A stretch of DNA of 64,000 nucleotides from Candidatus Geohabitans tengchongensis (GCA_031459625.1 JAVKIH010000007.1:6173-70172); one strand, 5' to 3'; counted from the first letter of the stretch, positions 11,349-22,474 are shown. The notes: generated by a model from the letters alone, not told the origin. Translations and numbers: made by a program.

Positions 11349-12353
11349 TCAGGGGCGGGCGGCGTCGCCGGCACCAGGGCGGCACCGCCGCAGGCGGAGG
11401 GAGCGGACGCGGTCGGCGACCGGCCGAGGGGTGCGGCGGAGGAGCGGTCGGCCCACGTACGCGCAGAGCAGGCCGGGCAGGTCCCCCGCCTCCACCAGGT
11501 AGCGCTCCGTGTCGGCGACGAAGCGCGCAAAGGCCGCCTCCGTCTCCGCCCTGGCCGGGCCGCCCTCGAGGGGCTCGATCAGGCGCCAGTGCAGATAGGG
11601 GTGCCAGGCCAGGTGCTCCTGCCGGAAGCGGGACCGGAGCGCCCGGTGCACCCGGGGCCAGGGGTGCAGCCGCATCCTGCCGGCGTACCTCGCCATCCAC
11701 TCCTGCTGGAGGCGGGCCACCGCCTCAGCCGGCGAGCCGTCCGGGGGGAAGGGCGGCGGGAGCAGACCGGCCAGCTGCGCCGCCCGCCGCATCTGGTAGA
11801 GCCAGGCGGCGCAGCGCCGGTCGAAGCGGTCGTAGGCGAACTCCAGCGCCACCAGCCGCCCCCCGGGCCGCAGCACCCGCGCGATGGCCCGGAGCGCCGC
11901 GTCCAGGTCCGGGACGTGGTGCAGGACGCGGCAGCAGAGCACGACGTCGAAGGGGGCCTGCACGCGCAGCGCCTCCAGGCGCAGGGCGGCCAGGTCGCCC
12001 GCCGCGTAGGTCAGCGGGCCGCGCCGCACCGCCTGGGGGTCGGCGGCCGCCGTCCGGCGGGCCACGGCGATGCGCGCGCGGTCCCGGTCGATCCCCACCA
12101 CGTGGTGGCCGCGGCGCGCCAGCTCCAGGGCGAACTGCCCCGTCCCGCACCCCGCGTCCAGCACCCGCTGCGGCGGGGCGCCCACCAGCGCGTCCACCAG
12201 GCGCCACAGGTCCCCGAAGGTGGGCGCCACCAGGTGGGGCGCGCGCCAGGCGGTGCCGGCGAGGTCGGGCCACTGTCGCGGCGCCTGCAGGTCGGCGGTG
12301 AAGTCCGGCGGGAAGGGCGTGTGCCCGTGCCCGGGGTGCGGGCGCGGGCGCAC
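11349..12353 (-). CDS. class I SAM-dependent methyltransferase
   Basis: VLDAGCGTG, FDVVLC..VLHH, LRPGGRL; start codon uncertain. Confidence 0.85.
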   Translation of the reverse strand: MRPRPHPGHGHTPFPPDFTADLQAPRQWPDLAGTAWRAPHLVAPTFGDLWRLVDALVGAPPQRVLDAGCGTGQFALELARRGHHVVGIDRDRARIAVARRTAAADPQAVRRGPLTYAAGDLAALRLEALRVQAPFDVVLCCRVLHHVPDLDAALRAIARVLRPGGRLVALEFAYDRFDRRCAAWLYQMRRAAQLAGLLPPPFPPDGSPAEAVARLQQEWMARYAGRMRLHPWPRVHRALRSRFRQEHLAWHPYLHWRLIEPLEGGPARAETEAAFARFVADTERYLVEAGDLPGLLCAYVGRPLLRRTPRPVADRVRSLRLRRCRPGAGDAARP

Positions 12354-12397
12354 CGCGGCCCGATGGTCGGCGGCCCGACCGCGCGCGGTCAGGGAGC

Positions 12398-13240
12398 TCA
12401 GAGCGGCATCTCCCGCACGATCCGGCGGACCAGGCGGATGAACTTCGGCTCCACCTCCCGGGCCACGGCGATGACCTGCTCGTGGGTCACCGGTTCCACC
12501 ACCTCCCCCGTGGCCATGTCGGTGATGGCGGTCAGGCCCAGCACCCGCATGCCCATCTGTCGGGCCGCGATGACCTCGGGCACCGTGGACATCCCCACGG
12601 CGTCGGCGCCCCACCGGGCCAGCATGCGCAGTTCCGCCGGCGTCTCGTAGGACGGCCCGGAGACCGCCACGTACACGCCGCGGCGCAGCAGGATCTGCTC
12701 CTCCACGGCCGCGCGCTCGGCCAGCTGCACCAGCGCCGGGTCGTAGGGTCGGGAGAGGTCGGGGAAGCGCGGGCCGAACGCCTCCTCGTGGGGACCGATG
12801 AGCGGGTTCGTGCCCATGGCGTTGATGTGGTCGGTGATGACCATGAGGTCCCCCGCCGCCCATTGCCGGTTGAGCCCGCCCGCCGCGTTGCTCACCAGCA
12901 GCGTGCCGGCGCCGAGCGCGCGCATCACCCGGACGGGGAAGATCACCTCGCCCATGGTGTACCCTTCGTAGTAGTGGACGCGCCCCTGCATGGCCACGAC
13001 GCGCTTCCCCTCCAGCGTCCCCAGCACCAGGTGGCCGCTGTGGCCGGCCACGGTGCTGCGCGGGAAGTGGGGGATGTCGGCGTAGGGGATGGTGGCCTCG
13101 CGCTCGATCACGTCGGCCAGCGCGCCGAGCCCCGAGCCGAGGATGATGGCCAGGGCGGGCTGTGTGCGGCTGCGGCCGCGCACGCCGCGCACCGCCTCCT
13201 CGACGCGCGGCGCCCATGCCGGCCACTCCCGTGCGCTCAT
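12398..13240 (-). CDS. punA: purine-nucleoside phosphorylase (trimeric type)
   Basis: [37 protein letters not shown]. Confidence 0.95.
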   Translation of the reverse strand: MSAREWPAWAPRVEEAVRGVRGRSRTQPALAIILGSGLGALADVIEREATIPYADIPHFPRSTVAGHSGHLVLGTLEGKRVVAMQGRVHYYEGYTMGEVIFPVRVMRALGAGTLLVSNAAGGLNRQWAAGDLMVITDHINAMGTNPLIGPHEEAFGPRFPDLSRPYDPALVQLAERAAVEEQILLRRGVYVAVSGPSYETPAELRMLARWGADAVGMSTVPEVIAARQMGMRVLGLTAITDMATGEVVEPVTHEQVIAVAREVEPKFIRLVRRIVREMPL

Positions 13241-14418
13241 CGCCGTCCCTCCTCGCTGAAGGGTTCCCCCGGCCCGTCCCACGGCACGCCCAGGTGGCGG
13301 GCGACGGTGGCAGCCACGTCCGCAAACGTTCGGCGCACGCCGAGATCGGTCCCTGCCGGCAGCCCCGGCCCCACCGCCAGCACCGGCACCAGCTCGCGGG
13401 AGTGGTCGGTGGAGGGTGTGGTGGGGTCGTTGCCGTGGTCGGCCGTCAGGATGAAGAGGTCCCCCGGCCGCAGCGCCGCCAGGACCGGGCCGAGGGCGGC
13501 GTCGATGCGCTCCAGCTGCCGGGCGTACCCCTCGGGGTCGTTGCGGTGCCCGTAGAGGGTGTCGAGGTCGACGACGTTGGCGACGCAGCAGCCCGCCTCC
13601 AGCGAGCGGAGCGCCTCGGCCAGGCGGGCCAGGCCGTCCAGGTCGTCGTGGGTGGGGACGTGCCGGGTGATGCCGCGCCCGGCGAAGAGGTCCCACACCT
13701 TGCCCACCGCCCACACCGGGACCCCGCGCGCGGCCAGGGCGTCGAGCACCGTGGGCGCCACCGGCGCCAGGGAGAAGTCCCGCCGCCGATCGGTGCGGCG
13801 GAAGGCGCCCGGGGTCCCGACGAAGGGGCGCGCGATCACTCGGCTGACGGTATGCGGCCCCTGCAGGATTCCGCGGGCCACCTCGCACCACCGGTAGAGC
13901 GTCTCCACCGGGACGATGTCCTCGTGGGCGGCGATCTGGAAGACGCTGTCGGCGGAAGTGTAGACGATGGGCGCCCCGGTGCGCAGGTGCTCGGCGCCGA
14001 GCTCCTCGATGATGGCCGTGCCGGAGGCCGGCCGGTTGCCCAGCACCGGACGGCCGATGGCCGCCTCGACGGCGCGGATGACCTCGGCCGGGAAGCCGTC
14101 GGGATAGGTGGGGAAGGGGCGCTCCAGGATCACCCCCATGAGCTCCCAGTGGCCGGTGGTGGAGTCCTTCCCGGCGGAGCGCTCCTGCAGCCGGCCGAAG
14201 GCGGCGGCGGGGTGCGGCACCGGGGCCACACCGCGCAGCGGCACGATGCGCCCCAGCCCCAGGCGCTCCAGGTGGGGCAGGCGGAGCGGACCGGCGACCT
14301 CGGCAACGTGGGGCAGCGTGGCGCTCCCCTCGTCCCCGTAGGCGGCGGCGTCCGGCGCCCCGCCCACGCCCGCGCTGTCCAGCACGAGGACCACTGCGCG
14401 GCCGGTCGTCGGGACCAT
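13237..14418 (-). CDS. deoB: phosphopentomutase
   Basis: [50 protein letters not shown]. Confidence 0.97.
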   Translation of the reverse strand: MVPTTGRAVVLVLDSAGVGGAPDAAAYGDEGSATLPHVAEVAGPLRLPHLERLGLGRIVPLRGVAPVPHPAAAFGRLQERSAGKDSTTGHWELMGVILERPFPTYPDGFPAEVIRAVEAAIGRPVLGNRPASGTAIIEELGAEHLRTGAPIVYTSADSVFQIAAHEDIVPVETLYRWCEVARGILQGPHTVSRVIARPFVGTPGAFRRTDRRRDFSLAPVAPTVLDALAARGVPVWAVGKVWDLFAGRGITRHVPTHDDLDGLARLAEALRSLEAGCCVANVVDLDTLYGHRNDPEGYARQLERIDAALGPVLAALRPGDLFILTADHGNDPTTPSTDHSRELVPVLAVGPGLPAGTDLGVRRTFADVAATVARHLGVPWDGPGEPFSEEGRR

Positions 14419-14435
14419 ACCCGCAGGACGAGGCC

Positions 14436-14846
14436 TCAGACCCCTAGCCAGTCTGGAGGCGTGCGGGCGCCTGCACGCTGGACCAGTTCCTTGTCCCAGG
14501 AGACGAGCGGGGCAGCGAGGACCTCCGCCGTCGCGACGTAGAGGGCATCCGCTGCCCGCAACAGGCGCTCGGTCCCCACGTCCCGGGCACGCGAAAGTAG
14601 CGATGAGTCTACGGGGTGCACCTGCAACGTGGGATGGGTGCGCAGGCGCCGGGCGGCTGCACGACCGACCGCCCCGTTCTGTGCCCGCCTGGCCAGGGCA
14701 CAGGCCACCTCCAGGAGCAGCAGGGCAGGGGCATGGAGCGCCAGCTGACGCTCCCCGACGATGTGGAGAAACCGGCGGCTCTCCTGGTGGAAGCGGTCGC
14801 CCGGATCGAAGGAGGCGACCCAGACACTGGCGTCAACGGTGAGCAC
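14436..14846 (-). CDS. vapC: PIN-domain toxin, VapC family
   Basis: TVDASV, EVA, DALYVA, SWD acidic PIN motifs; 136 aa downstream of a small antitoxin. Confidence 0.88.
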   Translation of the reverse strand: MLTVDASVWVASFDPGDRFHQESRRFLHIVGERQLALHAPALLLLEVACALARRAQNGAVGRAAARRLRTHPTLQVHPVDSSLLSRARDVGTERLLRAADALYVATAEVLAAPLVSWDKELVQRAGARTPPDWLGV

Positions 14847-14849
14847 GCG

Positions 14850-15110
14850 CTACTCGAGCCGCCGGCGGTCTGCTGCCAACACCTCCGACGCTGTCGGACC
14901 GGGAGGCGCGTGGCGTAGCGACTCCTCTCCCAGGCGGATCCACGCCGCCAGCCACTCCTCGGACGACGTCTGGCGCGGCTCCGGCGGCTCCTCCGCCAAC
15001 CACCGCTGGTAAAGCTCCATCGTCACGTCCCGGACGTGCTTACCGAGGAGCGCGCTCTTGGCTTTGACCCTCCGGTACAGTTCCTCGGGGATTTCAATGG
15101 TCACCTTCAT
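14850..15110 (-). CDS. ribbon-helix-helix antitoxin (VapB-like)
   Basis: MKVTIEIPEELYRRVK RHH signature; directly upstream of the PIN gene. Confidence 0.85.
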   Translation of the reverse strand: MKVTIEIPEELYRRVKAKSALLGKHVRDVTMELYQRWLAEEPPEPRQTSSEEWLAAWIRLGEESLRHAPPGPTASEVLAADRRRLE

Positions 15111-15113
15111 ACA

Positions 15114-15130
15114 GTAAACCAGTTTACCAG
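15114..15130 (-). promoter_or_regulatory. TA operator palindrome overlapping an extended -10
   Basis: GTAAAC-CA-GTTTAC palindrome at 15114-15127; minus strand reads TGGTAAACT 10 nt before the ATG. Confidence 0.6.
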
Positions 15131-15155
15131 GTCCCCGTATACCTGTCGAACCAGC

Positions 15156-15722
15156 CTATACGCCCAGCCGTCGTGCCGTCAGCAGCAGCGAGGCCACCGA
15201 CTTGGCGTCGCGGATCTCCCCGGCTACGACCCGCGCCACCGCCTCCGCCAGGGGCAGGCGGACCAGCGTGAGGTCCTCTTCTGCCGTCCCCTGCGGCGTG
15301 CCCAGGTGGAGGCCGGTGGCCAGGAAGCAGTGCAGCACTTCAGTGAGGACGCCAGGGGAGGGGTAGAGCGTCGCCAGCGGCTCGAAGCGCTCAGCCGTGG
15401 CCCCCGCCTCCTCGGTCAGCTCGCGGCGGGCGCAGTCGAGCGGGGACTCGCCCGGCTCCAGCGTCCCGGCGGGGACCTCGAGCAGCGTCGCCCCCACGCT
15501 GTAGCGGTACTGGCGCACCAGCAGGACCTCGCCCTCGGCGGTGAGCGGCACCACCACCGCGGCCCCGGGGTGGTCCACCACTTCGCGCACCGCCGTGCGG
15601 CCGTCGGGCAGGCGGACCTCGTCCACGCGCAGGCCGATCACCCGCCCCTGGAAGACGCGGCGGCTGCGCACCGGGACCTCCGGCGCCGCGGGCCCATCAG
15701 GGGCGTCGCCGGCGGGCGGCAT
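15156..15722 (-). CDS. nudF: NUDIX hydrolase, ADP-ribose pyrophosphatase
   Basis: REVVDHPGA, QYRY, PAGTLEPGESPLDCARRELTEEAG, DAKS. Confidence 0.9.
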   Translation of the reverse strand: MPPAGDAPDGPAAPEVPVRSRRVFQGRVIGLRVDEVRLPDGRTAVREVVDHPGAAVVVPLTAEGEVLLVRQYRYSVGATLLEVPAGTLEPGESPLDCARRELTEEAGATAERFEPLATLYPSPGVLTEVLHCFLATGLHLGTPQGTAEEDLTLVRLPLAEAVARVVAGEIRDAKSVASLLLTARRLGV

Positions 15723-15723
15723 G

Positions 15724-16632
15724 TCAGGAGGCCGGGGAGACGGCGGCCTGGGTCGGCTCGGGGTAGATCGGGGTCCCTTCCCGCTGCACCAGCGCGCGGA
15801 AGGCCTCCATCAGCTGGCGGGTGATGGGGCCGGGGCGGCCGTCGCCGATGGGACGGCCGTCCACCTCGACCACCGGCCCCACCTCCGCCCCCGTCCCGGT
15901 GAGGAAGGCCTCGTCGGCGGTGTAGAGGTCGTGGAGCGTGAAGACCCGCTCCAGCGCGGGCAGGCCGGCCTCCCGCGCCAGGTCCAGGACGGCGTCGCGG
16001 GTGACGCCCTGGAGGATGCCGAGGTACGGCGGGGGCGTCCAGATCTCGCCCCGCCGGACGATGAAGATGTTGTCGGCGCTGCACTCGCAGACGTAGCCGT
16101 CGTGGGAGAGCATGATGGCTTCGTCCACGTCCGCCTGGTTGGCCTCGATGCGCGCCAGGATGTTGTTCAGGTAGTTGAGGGACTTGATGCGCGGGTTCAG
16201 CATGTCGGGGCGGATCTTGCGCGTCCGGGCGGTGACGGCGCGCAGCCCGCGCTCGTAGGCCTGCGGCGGGTAGAGCTGGATGGCGTCGACGATGATGACC
16301 ACCGTGGCCCCGCGGCACTTGCGCGGGTCGAGCCCCAGGTCGCCCACGCCGCGCGCGACGATGGGCCGGATGTAGGCGTCCCGGAGGCCGTTGCGGCGCA
16401 CCGTCTCCAGGATGGCCTCCCGCATCGCCTCCCGGCTGAGCGGGATCTCCAGCAGCAGGGCGCGGGCGGAGTCGTAGAGGCGGTCGAGGTGCTGCTCCAG
16501 CCGGAAGATCCGGCCCTGGTAGGCGCGGATCCCCTCGAAGACGCCGTCCCCGTAGAGGAAGCCGTGGTCGAAGACGGAGATGCGCGCCTCCTCCCGCGGC
16601 ACGAAGCGTCCGTTCAGGTAGACCTGCTGCAT
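15724..16632 (-). CDS. ilvE: branched-chain amino acid aminotransferase
   Basis: DHGFLYGDGVFEGIRAY, KSLNYLN, LQGVTR, FLTGTGAE. Confidence 0.95.
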   Translation of the reverse strand: MQQVYLNGRFVPREEARISVFDHGFLYGDGVFEGIRAYQGRIFRLEQHLDRLYDSARALLLEIPLSREAMREAILETVRRNGLRDAYIRPIVARGVGDLGLDPRKCRGATVVIIVDAIQLYPPQAYERGLRAVTARTRKIRPDMLNPRIKSLNYLNNILARIEANQADVDEAIMLSHDGYVCECSADNIFIVRRGEIWTPPPYLGILQGVTRDAVLDLAREAGLPALERVFTLHDLYTADEAFLTGTGAEVGPVVEVDGRPIGDGRPGPITRQLMEAFRALVQREGTPIYPEPTQAAVSPAS

Positions 16633-16694
16633 CGGCGTCACCTCGTTCGTCCCCGGCCGGCCGCCGCAGCCGTCGGCCCCGGGGCGGTGTGGGG

Positions 16695-18347
16695 TCAGCC
16701 CCCGGGGGCGCGGGCGGTCGCGCCGGCGGCGGCGGCGCGGGCCCGACGCAGGGCGGCCCCGACGAAGGCCTGGTAGAGCGGGTGGGGGCGGGTGGGGCGG
16801 GAGCGGTACTCGGCGTGGAACTGCGTGCCCACAAACCAGGGGTGGTCGGGCAGCTCGATGATCTCCACCAGGTCCTTGGCCGGGTAGATCCCCGTGACCC
16901 GCAGGCCGTGCTGCGTCAGCACCGGCAGGTAGGCGTTGTTGAGCTCGTAGCGGTGGCGGTGGCGCTCGCGGACCTCGTCCGTCCCGTAGGCCTCCCGGGC
17001 CAGGCTGCCGGGCTGCAGCCGGCAGGGGTAGCTGCCCAGGCGCATCGTCCCGCCCTTGTCGGCCACGCCGTGCTGCTCGGGGAGGAGGTCGATCACCGGG
17101 TGGGGCGTGTCGGGGTCCACCTCCGTGGTGTTGGCGCCGGCCAGGCCGCAGACGTGCCGGGCGAACTCCACCACCGCCCACTGCATCCCGTAGCAGACGC
17201 CGAAGAACGGCACCCGGGCCTCCCGGGCGAAGCGGATGGCCTTCACCTTCCCCTCCACGCCGCGCGCCCCAAACCCCGGGCAGACCAGGATGCCGTCGAA
17301 GGCGGCCAGGTGCGCGTCCACCTCCTCCTGGGTCAGCCGCTCCAGCTCCTCCGCGTCCACCTTGGTGACCTCCACCGCCGCCCGGTGGGCGATGCCGCCG
17401 TGGATGAGCGCCTCCACGATGCTGACGTAGGTGTCCGCCACCCCCATGTACTTGCCCACCAGGGCGATGCGCACGCGGGCCGTCGGGCGGCGTAGCCGCT
17501 CCACCATCTCCGCCCACTCCCGGAGGTCCGGCGGCGGCGTGTCCAGGCCCAGGCCGCGCACGATGGCCTCGCCGAGCCCTTCCGCCTCCAGCATGAGCGG
17601 GACCTCGTAGATGCTGTGGGGGGCGTCGAGGGCCTGGATGACGTTCTCCACCGGCACGTCGGTGAAGAGCGAGAGCTTCTCCTTGACCGCCGGCGTCAGC
17701 GGGTGGGCCGTGCGGCAGACCAGCACGTCGGGCTGGATCCCGATGCTCCGCAGCGTGGCCACGCTGTGCTGGGTGGGCTTGGTCTTCAGCTCCCCGGCCG
17801 CCGGGAGGTAGGGGATGAGCGAGACATGCACGTAGAGGACGTTGCCCGCCCCCACCGTCCGCTTCATCTGCCGGATGGCCTCGAGGAAGGGCAGGCCCTC
17901 GATGTCCCCCACCGTCCCGCCCACCTCCACGATCGTCACGTCGGCCTGCGCCTCGCGCACCACCCGCAGGATCTCGTCCTTGATCTCGTTGGTCACGTGG
18001 GGGATGACCTGCACCGTCCCGCCCAGGTAGTCGCCGCGGCGCTCGCGCGTGATCACCGCCAGGTAGATCTTGCCGGTGGTGGCGTTGTTGGCCTTGCCGA
18101 GCGGCTCGTCGATGAAGCGCTCGTAGTGGCCCAGGTCCATGTCGGTCTCGCCACCGTCCTCGGTGACGAAGACCTCGCCGTGCTGGTGGGGGTTCATCGT
18201 GCCGGCGTCGACGTTCACGTAGGGGTCGAACTTCAGGAGGCTGACGCGCAGGCCGCGGGCCTTGAGGAGCCGGCCGATGGAGGCGGAGGTGATGCCCTTG
18301 CCCAGCGCCGAGGCCACGCCACCCGTCACGAAGATGAACTTGCCCAC
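16695..18347 (-). CDS. pyrG: CTP synthase
   Basis: [40 protein letters not shown]. Confidence 0.98.
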   Translation of the reverse strand: MGKFIFVTGGVASALGKGITSASIGRLLKARGLRVSLLKFDPYVNVDAGTMNPHQHGEVFVTEDGGETDMDLGHYERFIDEPLGKANNATTGKIYLAVITRERRGDYLGGTVQVIPHVTNEIKDEILRVVREAQADVTIVEVGGTVGDIEGLPFLEAIRQMKRTVGAGNVLYVHVSLIPYLPAAGELKTKPTQHSVATLRSIGIQPDVLVCRTAHPLTPAVKEKLSLFTDVPVENVIQALDAPHSIYEVPLMLEAEGLGEAIVRGLGLDTPPPDLREWAEMVERLRRPTARVRIALVGKYMGVADTYVSIVEALIHGGIAHRAAVEVTKVDAEELERLTQEEVDAHLAAFDGILVCPGFGARGVEGKVKAIRFAREARVPFFGVCYGMQWAVVEFARHVCGLAGANTTEVDPDTPHPVIDLLPEQHGVADKGGTMRLGSYPCRLQPGSLAREAYGTDEVRERHRHRYELNNAYLPVLTQHGLRVTGIYPAKDLVEIIELPDHPWFVGTQFHAEYRSRPTRPHPLYQAFVGAALRRARAAAAGATARAPGG

Positions 18348-18487
18348 GCCACCGCCTCCCTCCCTCCGGCAGCCCAAACCGATTCCTTATACACCGGCCG
18401 CGGGGGAGCGGCAAGGCGGTGCGTGACGGGCCGGCGGCCGGCCGCCGGCCCGCCGGCGCCACGCCACCGCGGCACGGGCGCCGGCCC

Positions 18488-19366
18488 TCACGCCCGCTCG
18501 CCCCAGGCCAGCTTGGCCCGCAGGATGCCGTAGAAGGACGGGCGCGACAGGCGGACGAGGCGCGTCACCGCCTCGGCCCGCCGCGCCACCACCCGCTCGC
18601 CCGGCCGCACCGGCTGCCCGGCCTGCCCGTCCACGGTGAGGCGCGGCTCCGCGTCCGGGCGGCCGGGCGGGTCGACCTCGATGGTCACCCGCGCGTCGGC
18701 GCCGACGATGACCGCCCGCGCGTTGAAGGTGTGCGGGTTGATGGGGGTGATGATGAGCACCTCCACCCGCGGGTGGACGATGGGCCCGCCGGCGGAGAGG
18801 GAGTAGGCGGTCGACCCCGTGGGCGTGGAGACGATCAGGCCGTCCGCCGGGTAGCTGGCCAGGAGCTCGTCGTTCACGTAGGCGCGCAGGCGCAGCACCC
18901 GCGCCACGCCGGTGCCGGTGACGACGGCGTCGTTGAGGGCCAGGTAGCGGTCGCGCGCGATCCCGTCCCGCTCCACGGCGGCCTCCAGCATCATGCGCGG
19001 CTCGACGGCAAAGTCCCCGGCGGCCAGCCGCGGGACGGCCTCCGGCAGCTCTTCCACGTTCAGCTCGGCGAGGAAGCCGAAGCCGCCGGTGCGCACGCCC
19101 AGCAGCGGCACGCGCCCGGCGCTGAGGCGCGCGCCGTGCAGGATGGTCCCGTCGCCCCCGACCACCACCAGGAGCCCCGCCTCGCCCGCGAGCGCCTCCG
19201 CCGGTGCGGTCTCGACAGGCACCGGGAGCAGGTCGGCGGCGGTGTCGCTCACCAGCACCCGGCGGCCCAGCGCGCGGAAGCGCTCCACCGCCGCCCCCAC
19301 GGCCGCGGCCGCCTCGGAGCCGCGGCTGAGCTTGGTGGGGTTGATGAGGACGGCGACGGTCTCCAT
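18488..19366 (-). CDS. nadK: NAD+ kinase
   Basis: GGDGT, ALND, DGLIVSTPTGSTAYSLSAGGP. Confidence 0.96.
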   Translation of the reverse strand: METVAVLINPTKLSRGSEAAAAVGAAVERFRALGRRVLVSDTAADLLPVPVETAPAEALAGEAGLLVVVGGDGTILHGARLSAGRVPLLGVRTGGFGFLAELNVEELPEAVPRLAAGDFAVEPRMMLEAAVERDGIARDRYLALNDAVVTGTGVARVLRLRAYVNDELLASYPADGLIVSTPTGSTAYSLSAGGPIVHPRVEVLIITPINPHTFNARAVIVGADARVTIEVDPPGRPDAEPRLTVDGQAGQPVRPGERVVARRAEAVTRLVRLSRPSFYGILRAKLAWGERA

Positions 19367-20250
19367 CAGGTGTCGCGGGCCTCCTCCTCGAGGGGAGCGG
19401 TCACCGCGGCCTCGATGGCAGCGGCGAGGGCCCCGTCGTCGAGGAGCAGGCGCGCCCCCCGCGCCGGGTCGGGGACGAGGAGGAGGAAGAACTCCCGGTT
19501 GCCCCTGGGCCCGCGCAGCGGCGAGACGGTCACCCCGGCCACCCCCCAGCCCTGGCGGCGGGCCCACGCCACCAGGTCGGCCAGCACCCGGCGGTGGACG
19601 GCGGGATCGCGCACCACCCCGCCGGGGGCCATCCCCCGTCCCGCCTCGAACTGGGGTTTGACCAGCGCCACGATGAGCCCGCCCGGGGCCAGCCGCCGCG
19701 CCACCGCCGGCAGCACGCGGACCAGCGAGATGAACGAGACGTCCACGGTGGCCAGCTGCACCGGCTCGGGGACGGTCCGCGCGTCGAGGTGCGCGGCGTG
19801 GGTGCGCTCCCGCACCACCACCCGCGGGTCCTGGCGCAGCCGCCAGTCGAGCTGCCCCCGGCCCACGTCCACCGCGTAGACGCGGGCCGCCCCGTGCTGC
19901 AGCAGGCAGTCGGTGAAGCCCCCCGTGGCAGCGCCCACGTCGAGGGCCACCGCGCCCCGCACGTCCAGCCCGAAGGTGCGCAGGGCGTGCTCCAGCTTCT
20001 CGCCGCCGCGGCTGACGTAGCGGGGACGGCGCGGCACCACGGTGATGGCGGCGCCAGTCGGGACGAGGCGTCCGGGCTTCGCCACCGGCTGCCCGTCCAC
20101 CAGGACCTCACCGGCCAGGATCGCCGCCTGGGCACGCTCCCGGCTGGAGGCGAGCCCGCGCTCCACCAGCAGCAGGTCCAGGCGGCGCCGCCGCGCCTCT
20201 CGTGCGTTTCCGGCGCCACCGGCCCTCCGCGAGCGCGCCGGTGCCGTCAT
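19366..20250 (-). CDS. tlyA: TlyA family rRNA 2'-O-methyltransferase
   Basis: S4 domain RLDLLLVERG, YVSRGGEKL, GAATGGFTD, DVSFISL, KPQFE. Confidence 0.96.
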   Translation of the reverse strand: MTAPARSRRAGGAGNAREARRRRLDLLLVERGLASSRERAQAAILAGEVLVDGQPVAKPGRLVPTGAAITVVPRRPRYVSRGGEKLEHALRTFGLDVRGAVALDVGAATGGFTDCLLQHGAARVYAVDVGRGQLDWRLRQDPRVVVRERTHAAHLDARTVPEPVQLATVDVSFISLVRVLPAVARRLAPGGLIVALVKPQFEAGRGMAPGGVVRDPAVHRRVLADLVAWARRQGWGVAGVTVSPLRGPRGNREFFLLLVPDPARGARLLLDDGALAAAIEAAVTAPLEEEARDT

Positions 20251-20263
20251 GAGGACAGCCCCC

Positions 20264-21199
20264 TCATGCCTCCCGCGCCAGCAGGAGCCGGGCCAGCCCG
20301 GCCAGCAGGTCGCCGCGGGCGCCCAGCGGCCGGAGCGCCTCCACCGCCTGCGCCGTGAGCCCTGCGGCGATCGCCCGCGAGCGCTCCACCCCGTAGACGG
20401 TGGGGTAGGTGAGCTTGCGACTGGCGGCGTCGCGACGGGCGTCCTTCCCCAGCGTCTGCGCCTCGCCCACCTCGTCCAGCACGTCGTCGATGACCTGGTA
20501 GGCCAGCCCCAGGTGCGCCCCGTAGGCATCGAGCGCCTCCAGCTCCTCGGAGGACGCGTCGCAGAGGATCGCCCCGGCCCGCACGCACGCACGAATGAGG
20601 GCGGCGGTCTTGCGCCGGTGGATGTCCGCGACGGCCGAGGCGAGGTCGCCCGGCCAGCCGGGCATGGCCGGCTGGTCGGGCCTGCGCTCCGCCAGCAGGT
20701 CGAGGACCTGTCCGCCCACCATGCCCCCGGTCCCGATGGCCGCTGCCACCTCGCGCACCACCGCCGTGGCGGCCTCCGGCCGCACCCCGGGGACGGGGCG
20801 GGCCAGCAGCTCGAAGGCCAGCGCGTGCAGGGCGTCCCCGGCCAGGACGGCCATGGCCTCGCCGAAGACGCGGTGACAGGCCGGCCGCCCGCGGCGCAGC
20901 GCGGCGTCGTCCATGGAGGGCAGGTCGTCGTGGATCAGGGAGTAGGTGTTGATCAGCTCGACGGCGCAGGCCGTGGGCAGTACCGGCTCGACCGCTCCGC
21001 CCACCGTCTCCGCCGCGGCGATCACCAGCAGCGGGCGCAGCCGCTTCCCGCCGGCGAAGACGCTGTAGCGCATGGCCCGGTGGAGAATGGCGGGGAAGGC
21101 GTCCTCGGGCGGCAGCCAGGCGTCGAGGGCCGCGTCCACCCGCGCCGTCCGGTCGGCGGCGTAGGCGTGCAGGTCGGCGGCCAGGGCGCGCTCAGCCAA
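20264..21199 (-). CDS. ispA: farnesyl/geranylgeranyl diphosphate synthase
   Basis: GGKRLRP, SLIHDDLPSMD..LRRG, GQVLD, KTAAL, QVIDDVLD. Confidence 0.94.
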   Translation of the reverse strand: MAERALAADLHAYAADRTARVDAALDAWLPPEDAFPAILHRAMRYSVFAGGKRLRPLLVIAAAETVGGAVEPVLPTACAVELINTYSLIHDDLPSMDDAALRRGRPACHRVFGEAMAVLAGDALHALAFELLARPVPGVRPEAATAVVREVAAAIGTGGMVGGQVLDLLAERRPDQPAMPGWPGDLASAVADIHRRKTAALIRACVRAGAILCDASSEELEALDAYGAHLGLAYQVIDDVLDEVGEAQTLGKDARRDAASRKLTYPTVYGVERSRAIAAGLTAQAVEALRPLGARGDLLAGLARLLLAREA

Positions 21200-21479
21200 T
21201 GGTGAACCCCTGCTGCCCGCGGGGCGCCGCCCAGGTCACCTCGGCGTGCTCCACGACGGCCCCGCGCGGTCCCTCGCGCACCCGGCGCACGAAGGCTTCC
21301 ACCGCCGCCCGCGGGCCCTCCGCTTCGATCTCCACGCTGCCGTCCGGCAGGTTGCGGGCGAAGCCGGCCAGCCCCAGGCGGGCCGCCTCGCGCTGGGCGA
21401 AGAAGCGAAACCCCACCCCCTGGACGAGCCCGCGCAGCCGCACCCGCGCGCGGACGACGGCGGCCTCCTCCACGGTCAC
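21192..21479 (-). CDS. acyP: acylphosphatase
   Basis: GLVQGVGFR, GFARNLPDGSVE; GTG overlaps nusB stop. Confidence 0.93.
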   Translation of the reverse strand: MTVEEAAVVRARVRLRGLVQGVGFRFFAQREAARLGLAGFARNLPDGSVEIEAEGPRAAVEAFVRRVREGPRGAVVEHAEVTWAAPRGQQGFTIG

Positions 21480-21889
21480 TGCCCCTGCACCCGGGAGAGG
21501 CGCTCCCGGTAGACGGCGCCGAGGACCCCGTTCACGAAGCGTCCCGAGTCCTCCGTCCCGTACTTCTTCGCCAGCTCCACCGCCTCGTTGATGACGACGT
21601 TGGGCGGGGTGTCCATGGCCAGCAGCTCGTAGAGGGCCAGGCGCAGCACCGCCCGGTCCACCGCCGGCATGCGGTCGAGCGTCCACCCGCTGAGGTGCTC
21701 GGCGATGAGACGGTCGATCTCCGCCCGGCGCGCCCACACCCCGCTGCACAGCTCAACGATGAAGGGCCACTCCTCGCGAGGCCGCTCCGCCCGCACCTGC
21801 TCGAGGACGTCCTCGAGCGGGGCCTTCCCCACGTCGGCCTGGAAGAGGACCTGCAGCGCCACGTCGCGCGCCCGGCGCCGCGGGCTCAT
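21476..21889 (-). CDS. nusB: transcription antitermination factor NusB
   Basis: RRRARDVALQ, DRAVLRLALYE, INEAVELAKKYG, FVNGVL. Confidence 0.96.
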   Translation of the reverse strand: MSPRRRARDVALQVLFQADVGKAPLEDVLEQVRAERPREEWPFIVELCSGVWARRAEIDRLIAEHLSGWTLDRMPAVDRAVLRLALYELLAMDTPPNVVINEAVELAKKYGTEDSGRFVNGVLGAVYRERLSRVQGQ

Positions 21890-21910
21890 CGGGTCACGCG
21901 CCCCGCCGGC

Positions 21911-22474
21911 TCATGGCTTCACGCGCTCGATGTACTCCCCGGTCCGGGTGTCCACGCGGATGCGGTCGCCGGTCTCGACGAAGAAGGGCACCTGGACCAC
22001 CGCCCCGGTCTCCAGGCGCGCCGGTTTCCCTCCCCCGTGCACCGTGTCGCCCCGCACGCCGGGGGCGGTCTCCACCACCGCCAGCTCCACGGCGTTGGGC
22101 AGCTCCACACCGAGGGGCCGGCCGTCGTGGAAGACGACCTGGACCTCGGTGTTCTCCCGCAGCCACCGCGTGGCGTCGCCCAGCAGCGCCGCGTCCAGGG
22201 AGACCTGCTCGAAGCTCTCCTGGTCCATGAAGACGTAGTACGTCCCGTCGTGGTAGAGGTAGAGCATCGGCTTGCGCTCCATGAACGCCCGCGGGTAGCG
22301 CTCCTCGGGCATGAAGGTGCGCTCGGTGATGGCCCCGGTCTTCAGATTGCGCAGCCGCGTCCGGACGATGGCCGTGCCGCGCCCGCGCTTGATGTGCTGG
22401 AACTCCATCACCACGTGCAGCTCGCCGTCGATCTCCACCACCATGCCCGGCCGGAAGTCGTTGGCCGCGATCAT
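21911..22474 (-). CDS. efp: elongation factor P
   Basis: HIKRGRGTA loop, PGVRGDT, QVPFFV, DTRTGEY. Confidence 0.96.
   Translation of the reverse strand: MIAANDFRPGMVVEIDGELHVVMEFQHIKRGRGTAIVRTRLRNLKTGAITERTFMPEERYPRAFMERKPMLYLYHDGTYYVFMDQESFEQVSLDAALLGDATRWLRENTEVQVVFHDGRPLGVELPNAVELAVVETAPGVRGDTVHGGGKPARLETGAVVQVPFFVETGDRIRVDTRTGEYIERVKP

Noticed and set aside
15724-18462. Apparent 912-aa ilvE and similar N-terminally extended ORFs (efp, ispE, ispF, punA, methyltransferase)
   Set aside because: The extensions are out-of-frame read-through of upstream genes; plausible internal starts exist, so they are not fusions.
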